10,241 nt of DNA from Candidatus Zixiibacteriota bacterium (lineage in GTDB: Bacteria; Zixibacteria; MSB-5A5; GN15; FEB-12), in contig JBGSIV010000072.1 in NCBI GenBank assembly GCA_041742355.1, forward strand, positions 1 through 10,241. Reading direction: 5' to 3'. Position numbers and translations under genes: made by a program. The first letter of the stretch is position 1. The number at the start of each line of letters is the position of its first letter. Below, one piece after another: positions 7,118 through 10,241 of the stretch. A model generated the notes under the pieces. That model was not told the origin of the DNA. It saw only the letters and a program-made list of their open reading frames with translations, and did no database searches.

Positions 7118-7699
7118 ATGTCGAAGATAGGAATATTCATGAGTAGTTACCTTGGCCCGAAGTGGGTATTGAGTATGATAATCATCCTCTTGATCACTTT
7201 CTCCCCGAGTATCTTCCTGTGCTTGCTTGGAATCGTGAAGATTGACTGGGCGGACTTAGCGGAGCAATGGACCGTGCTGTGTGGAAATGCCTTCTTTCTT
7301 TATATAGCAGTGAGCATCCTCGCCCGCCGACACGAGAAGGAGGCTAGAATTCTCAGGCGGCTGAGGGTAATCGACTTCAGTCTCTTACCTCCTCTTAAGC
7401 GGACTGAGCAACTTCTCGGTGAGAAGAGCAGTGACCTTCATGCGGCCTTTGAGGAGTGGCGTAAGTTCAAGGAAGCCATGGTTTTCCACGAAAGAAACGA
7501 AGGGGACGCCGAGTTCTTTGCTCGTGAGATAGTGTCCCCCACGCGAAGTAGTCTGGCTGAGATTGACCAAAATCTAGCGGCAATCTGCGCCGTGGGAATC
7601 ATTACTACTCACGATAAACTCACGACCATGAGGCGCGGAATGGTGGCGCTGCGGAGTGCCATCGAGAACGGACGAGAGCGGGCTAGAAGCTACGAATAG
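7118..7699 (+). CDS. Hypothetical membrane protein: two N-terminal TM helices and a charged helical/coiled-coil domain, 193 aa
   Basis: AGAGGA precedes ATG 7118 (more plausible than TTG 6941). TM1 is WVLSMIIILLITFSPSIFLCLLGIV and TM2 is WTVLCGNAFFLYIAVSILA, followed by the basic RRHEKEARILRRLR and amphipathic helices. Confidence 0.75.
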   Translation: MSKIGIFMSSYLGPKWVLSMIIILLITFSPSIFLCLLGIVKIDWADLAEQWTVLCGNAFFLYIAVSILARRHEKEARILRRLRVIDFSLLPPLKRTEQLLGEKSSDLHAAFEEWRKFKEAMVFHERNEGDAEFFAREIVSPTRSSLAEIDQNLAAICAVGIITTHDKLTTMRRGMVALRSAIENGRERARSYE

Positions 7700-7744
7700 C
7701 CGTACAGTCAGCTCTTTAAGCAACGGTGATTGAGGGAGGTGATT

Positions 7745-10072
7745 ATGCGTACAGAACGGACGGGAATCAGGAATTATGTGCATCACAACGCCAAGTACAA
7801 CAGATGCGTTGGAGCACTAGTCAATGACATTTTCCAAAACGAGACGCGGGATCCCTGCCCGTACTTTCAGACCTCTCTCTTGCAGGGTGACGCCGAACCT
7901 GTACCGGCCCCGGCGCCAAACGAGATGATCCCAGTGGCTTCGAAAGACTACGGCCCCACTGAGCATGAGGTGCTCACCAAGCTCGCCTATGGCTCCTTCA
8001 CAAATGTCGTATTGTCGGGCGAGATTGGCTGCGGAAAGACCGAATTGCGGCGATACGTTTTATCTGAACTGGCTTCGCAGGACCTTCACTCCGACTGCAA
8101 ATACTGCCAGATCCGCCCTGATGTACGGCCTCTTGTCATTAACTTCTTGAAAGGATATGATACACAGGACCTCAACGAGGTACTCAAACATCTCTGGGCC
8201 GAAATGTATGATCAGTTATTGCGTGTCCTTTCAGCGGCCTTCGTGGCGAAGGACTTGATTGGCCCGTTTGCCGAAGAAGTGCATCACGGAAAGCTAGCTC
8301 GGCAGCTGACCCGGTTTTGGGAGTTTGTCAATAAGGAAAAGGCAAGGCCCGAGTTTGACGAGAAGCATCCGACTCAGAAGGACAGGAACGAGGCGCTTTT
8401 TGCGTGGATCAATCAGAATCACTCGCGCACCCGCGACGGAGTGGTGTTGTTAGCTTGGGTGGGTCGCTTCGTTCGCGCGCATCTTCCGTGCAAGATGTCT
8501 TGTTTCGTCTCGGCTTTCGACAACTTGGACTATCTACGTACGTCTAATCAGATTCAACTGGTGATAGCGATTGCAAGCATCCAGGAGATCGCGCGGTTTC
8601 GCACTCTCTACGCGGTACGACCAGAACTCGAAGGGAGATTCGATGAGATGGCTGGAGCATCCTTCGTGTTTGACCGAGTCAGGCATTTGGGTACTGATCC
8701 TTCAGTAGTCTGCCAAGCGAGAATGCAAGATTTCTTGGAGTCGAGATGGCCTGATCCACCGCAAGTGAGTTTACATCTCAAGCACACGGTCAGGCCTGGA
8801 ACCACGGTCCTAGAGATTAAGCCATCGGACCACCTCATCGACATATTGCCGGGCGAACGTATTGAGATCCGCGATTCTGAGAGTCTTCAATCCGTTGTAG
8901 TGGAATCAGTCGACGCGGCTGCATCAAGACTCAAGCTCGCGGAGCCGCTGAGATATGACTTCGGGCCTACCGCAACCGTCGTTAGTCGTGGCAGGCACTA
9001 TCGGTCCCTAGTTCATGAAAAATGTATGGCGCACGCGACTGAACTTCGCAGTCACATCGATGTGGTTACTCGCTCGCTGTGCGCCCCCAACGATTTTGTT
9101 TCTCAAACGTTCAAGAACATGTCCTGTCGCAGCATACGACGGTCGCTGAAGTTGGCACAGCGACTATTCGTTAATCATGCCGTAGATTACCTAGTTGGCC
9201 CAGCCAAAATCGCTCATCTCCGTTCGGCACTCATGATTGGCGAGAGTGATACTGGGAACATGGAAGTGAGTGATGATTTGGCGGCAAATCTGTTCGTGGG
9301 ACTTCCGAGCGAGCGCTTCTCGCTTTTGAGCGTCCGGATTCTGCAGTTACTTCTGCACTTTCGTAACACTCAGTCGGCCTGTCCGCTGACTGGTCTGAAG
9401 TGGGATTTGCTCGCCATCAACAGCGGATGGAGTGATGAAGACGTTAGAAACGCCTTGAACTATCTCATGCGTCCCTATGTTCAACTCCTGTATATCCGCG
9501 GGAGGGATAGATACGAGGACGAGAGGGACTATTCCTTGCATTTGGGTGATCATGTTTTTTTGACCGAACTGGGCGAATGGTATTTGACGCGGATGCTGTT
9601 CGACATTCGTTACTTACAGGAGGCGCTCCTCCCCGTCCAATGGAGGACTGAGGACGCAATTCCTACACAAGTGGATTGGTCATTGCAACATGAGAGATTC
9701 CGCCTGTTGGTGAAGCAGCTTCACGTGGTGGTGAGGGAAGACGTAGAAGAGTTCCGAGTATTCCGGGATAACGTTGGACTCGATACGCTACACCGTTACG
9801 GTGCTCACCTTGTCTCCAGCGTTTTCGTGGGGCAGGCTGCGAAAGCGATGCTCAACTCGTTCCCTGACAGAAAGGAGATTGGGACACGCGAGCTGTATCG
9901 AGATTGGGCAAGCTTAGTCAATGTGTGTAATGAGAACGAACGGAATGAGCGGAGAATCTCGAACCCAAAGCTAACAGAACTATTTGATTTGCTCAATGAA
10001 CCGCAGGCCATCCAGGCCGTTCAGTTGGACTCGCCAACTGCACCGAGGGTTGACCAACCGACGCCTGAATGA
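7745..10072 (+). CDS. Large P-loop NTPase (AAA+/STAND- or ORC/CDC6-like) with an inserted beta-domain and a winged-helix-like C-terminal region, 775 aa
   Basis: Perfect SD GGAGGTGAT (7735-7743) precedes ATG 7745. Walker A GEIGCGKT at 8018-8041; Walker B FVSAFDNLD at 8504-8530; sensor-like LYAVRPE; lid/sensor-II-like MSCRSIRRSL; wHTH-like SDEDVRNALNYL...VFLTELGEWYL. Confidence 0.85.
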   Translation: MRTERTGIRNYVHHNAKYNRCVGALVNDIFQNETRDPCPYFQTSLLQGDAEPVPAPAPNEMIPVASKDYGPTEHEVLTKLAYGSFTNVVLSGEIGCGKTELRRYVLSELASQDLHSDCKYCQIRPDVRPLVINFLKGYDTQDLNEVLKHLWAEMYDQLLRVLSAAFVAKDLIGPFAEEVHHGKLARQLTRFWEFVNKEKARPEFDEKHPTQKDRNEALFAWINQNHSRTRDGVVLLAWVGRFVRAHLPCKMSCFVSAFDNLDYLRTSNQIQLVIAIASIQEIARFRTLYAVRPELEGRFDEMAGASFVFDRVRHLGTDPSVVCQARMQDFLESRWPDPPQVSLHLKHTVRPGTTVLEIKPSDHLIDILPGERIEIRDSESLQSVVVESVDAAASRLKLAEPLRYDFGPTATVVSRGRHYRSLVHEKCMAHATELRSHIDVVTRSLCAPNDFVSQTFKNMSCRSIRRSLKLAQRLFVNHAVDYLVGPAKIAHLRSALMIGESDTGNMEVSDDLAANLFVGLPSERFSLLSVRILQLLLHFRNTQSACPLTGLKWDLLAINSGWSDEDVRNALNYLMRPYVQLLYIRGRDRYEDERDYSLHLGDHVFLTELGEWYLTRMLFDIRYLQEALLPVQWRTEDAIPTQVDWSLQHERFRLLVKQLHVVVREDVEEFRVFRDNVGLDTLHRYGAHLVSSVFVGQAAKAMLNSFPDRKEIGTRELYRDWASLVNVCNENERNERRISNPKLTELFDLLNEPQAIQAVQLDSPTAPRVDQPTPE

Positions 10073-10128
10073 GTAACAGTGAGGGTCCGCGGCTGCGCGT
10101 CGGCATTCCAACAAAACGAACCCAAATC

Positions 10129-10166
10129 AAAAGCCGGGCCCCGACCCACAGGTCGAAACCCGGCTT
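10129..10166 (-). terminator. Rho-independent terminator of the minus-strand pruA-like gene
   Basis: Minus-strand RNA AAGCCGGG-UUU-CGACC-UGUG-GGUCG-GGG-CCCGGCUU-UU forms a continuous 16-bp stem only on the minus strand (three U.G pairs), followed by a U-rich tail. Confidence 0.85.
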
Positions 10167-10192
10167 CATGTTCAATCTCACAAACCGGCCAC

Positions 10193-10241
10193 CTACTCCT
10201 TCAGGAACGGGTACCGGTAATCGGTCGGCGGCACCATCGTC
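10193..10241 (-). CDS. pruA: 3' end of probable L-glutamate gamma-semialdehyde (1-pyrroline-5-carboxylate) dehydrogenase, partial
   Basis: The minus strand reads ...TMVPPTDYRYPFLKE-TAG, matching the characteristic PruA C-terminus (...KET[FL]VPPTDYRYPF). Codon usage is host-like and a terminator follows. Only 15 codons are visible. Confidence 0.7.
   Translation of the reverse strand, partial: TMVPPTDYRYPFLKE

Larger units (their letters stand above)
6226..10088. other. Lower-GC accessory islet (boundaries approximate)
   Basis: Spot checks give ~52% GC (9481-9540) versus 60-70% in flanking genes (5461-5520, 4441-4500). The C-ending codon bias is lost. No mobility gene is present. Confidence 0.6.

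Noticed and set aside
8756..8989. Intein as an explanation for the NTPase insertion
   Set aside because: It is too short and lacks the N-terminal C/S block and the C-terminal HN-[CST] splice motif.
190..10181. Remaining short ORFs overlapping the main genes in other frames or strands
   Set aside because: They have the Pro/Arg/Ser/Thr-rich off-frame composition expected in GC-rich DNA and are nested in better-supported CDSs.

Overview
GC-rich bacterial chromosomal DNA. The C-terminal TSP3 + dockerin module suggests candidate phylum Zixibacteria or a related FCB-group lineage (inference). The left ~6.2 kb encodes surface/secreted proteins: the 3' part of a Gly-rich-repeat trimeric fibre/adhesin with a C-terminal peptidase S74 chaperone, a convergent lipoprotein, a secreted 7-blade WD40 protein with TSP3 repeats and a dockerin, and a lipoprotein HEXXH metallopeptidase. 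The spacers contain terminators, REP-like GTRG hairpins and a degenerate 15-bp tandem array. From ~6.2 to ~10.1 kb there is a lower-GC block: ~900 bp with no convincing gene, then a tight two-gene operon encoding a 2-TM helical protein and a ~775-aa AAA+/STAND-like NTPase with a winged-helix-like C-terminus. The NTPase carries a ~78-aa beta-rich domain inserted into its lid, reminiscent of phage/contractile-tail structural modules. This operon is the best candidate for an undescribed, probably anti-phage, system. It abuts the terminator of a minus-strand gene whose last codons match the C-terminus of P5C dehydrogenase (pruA). No tRNA, rRNA, CRISPR array, transposase, integrase or reverse transcriptase was seen.
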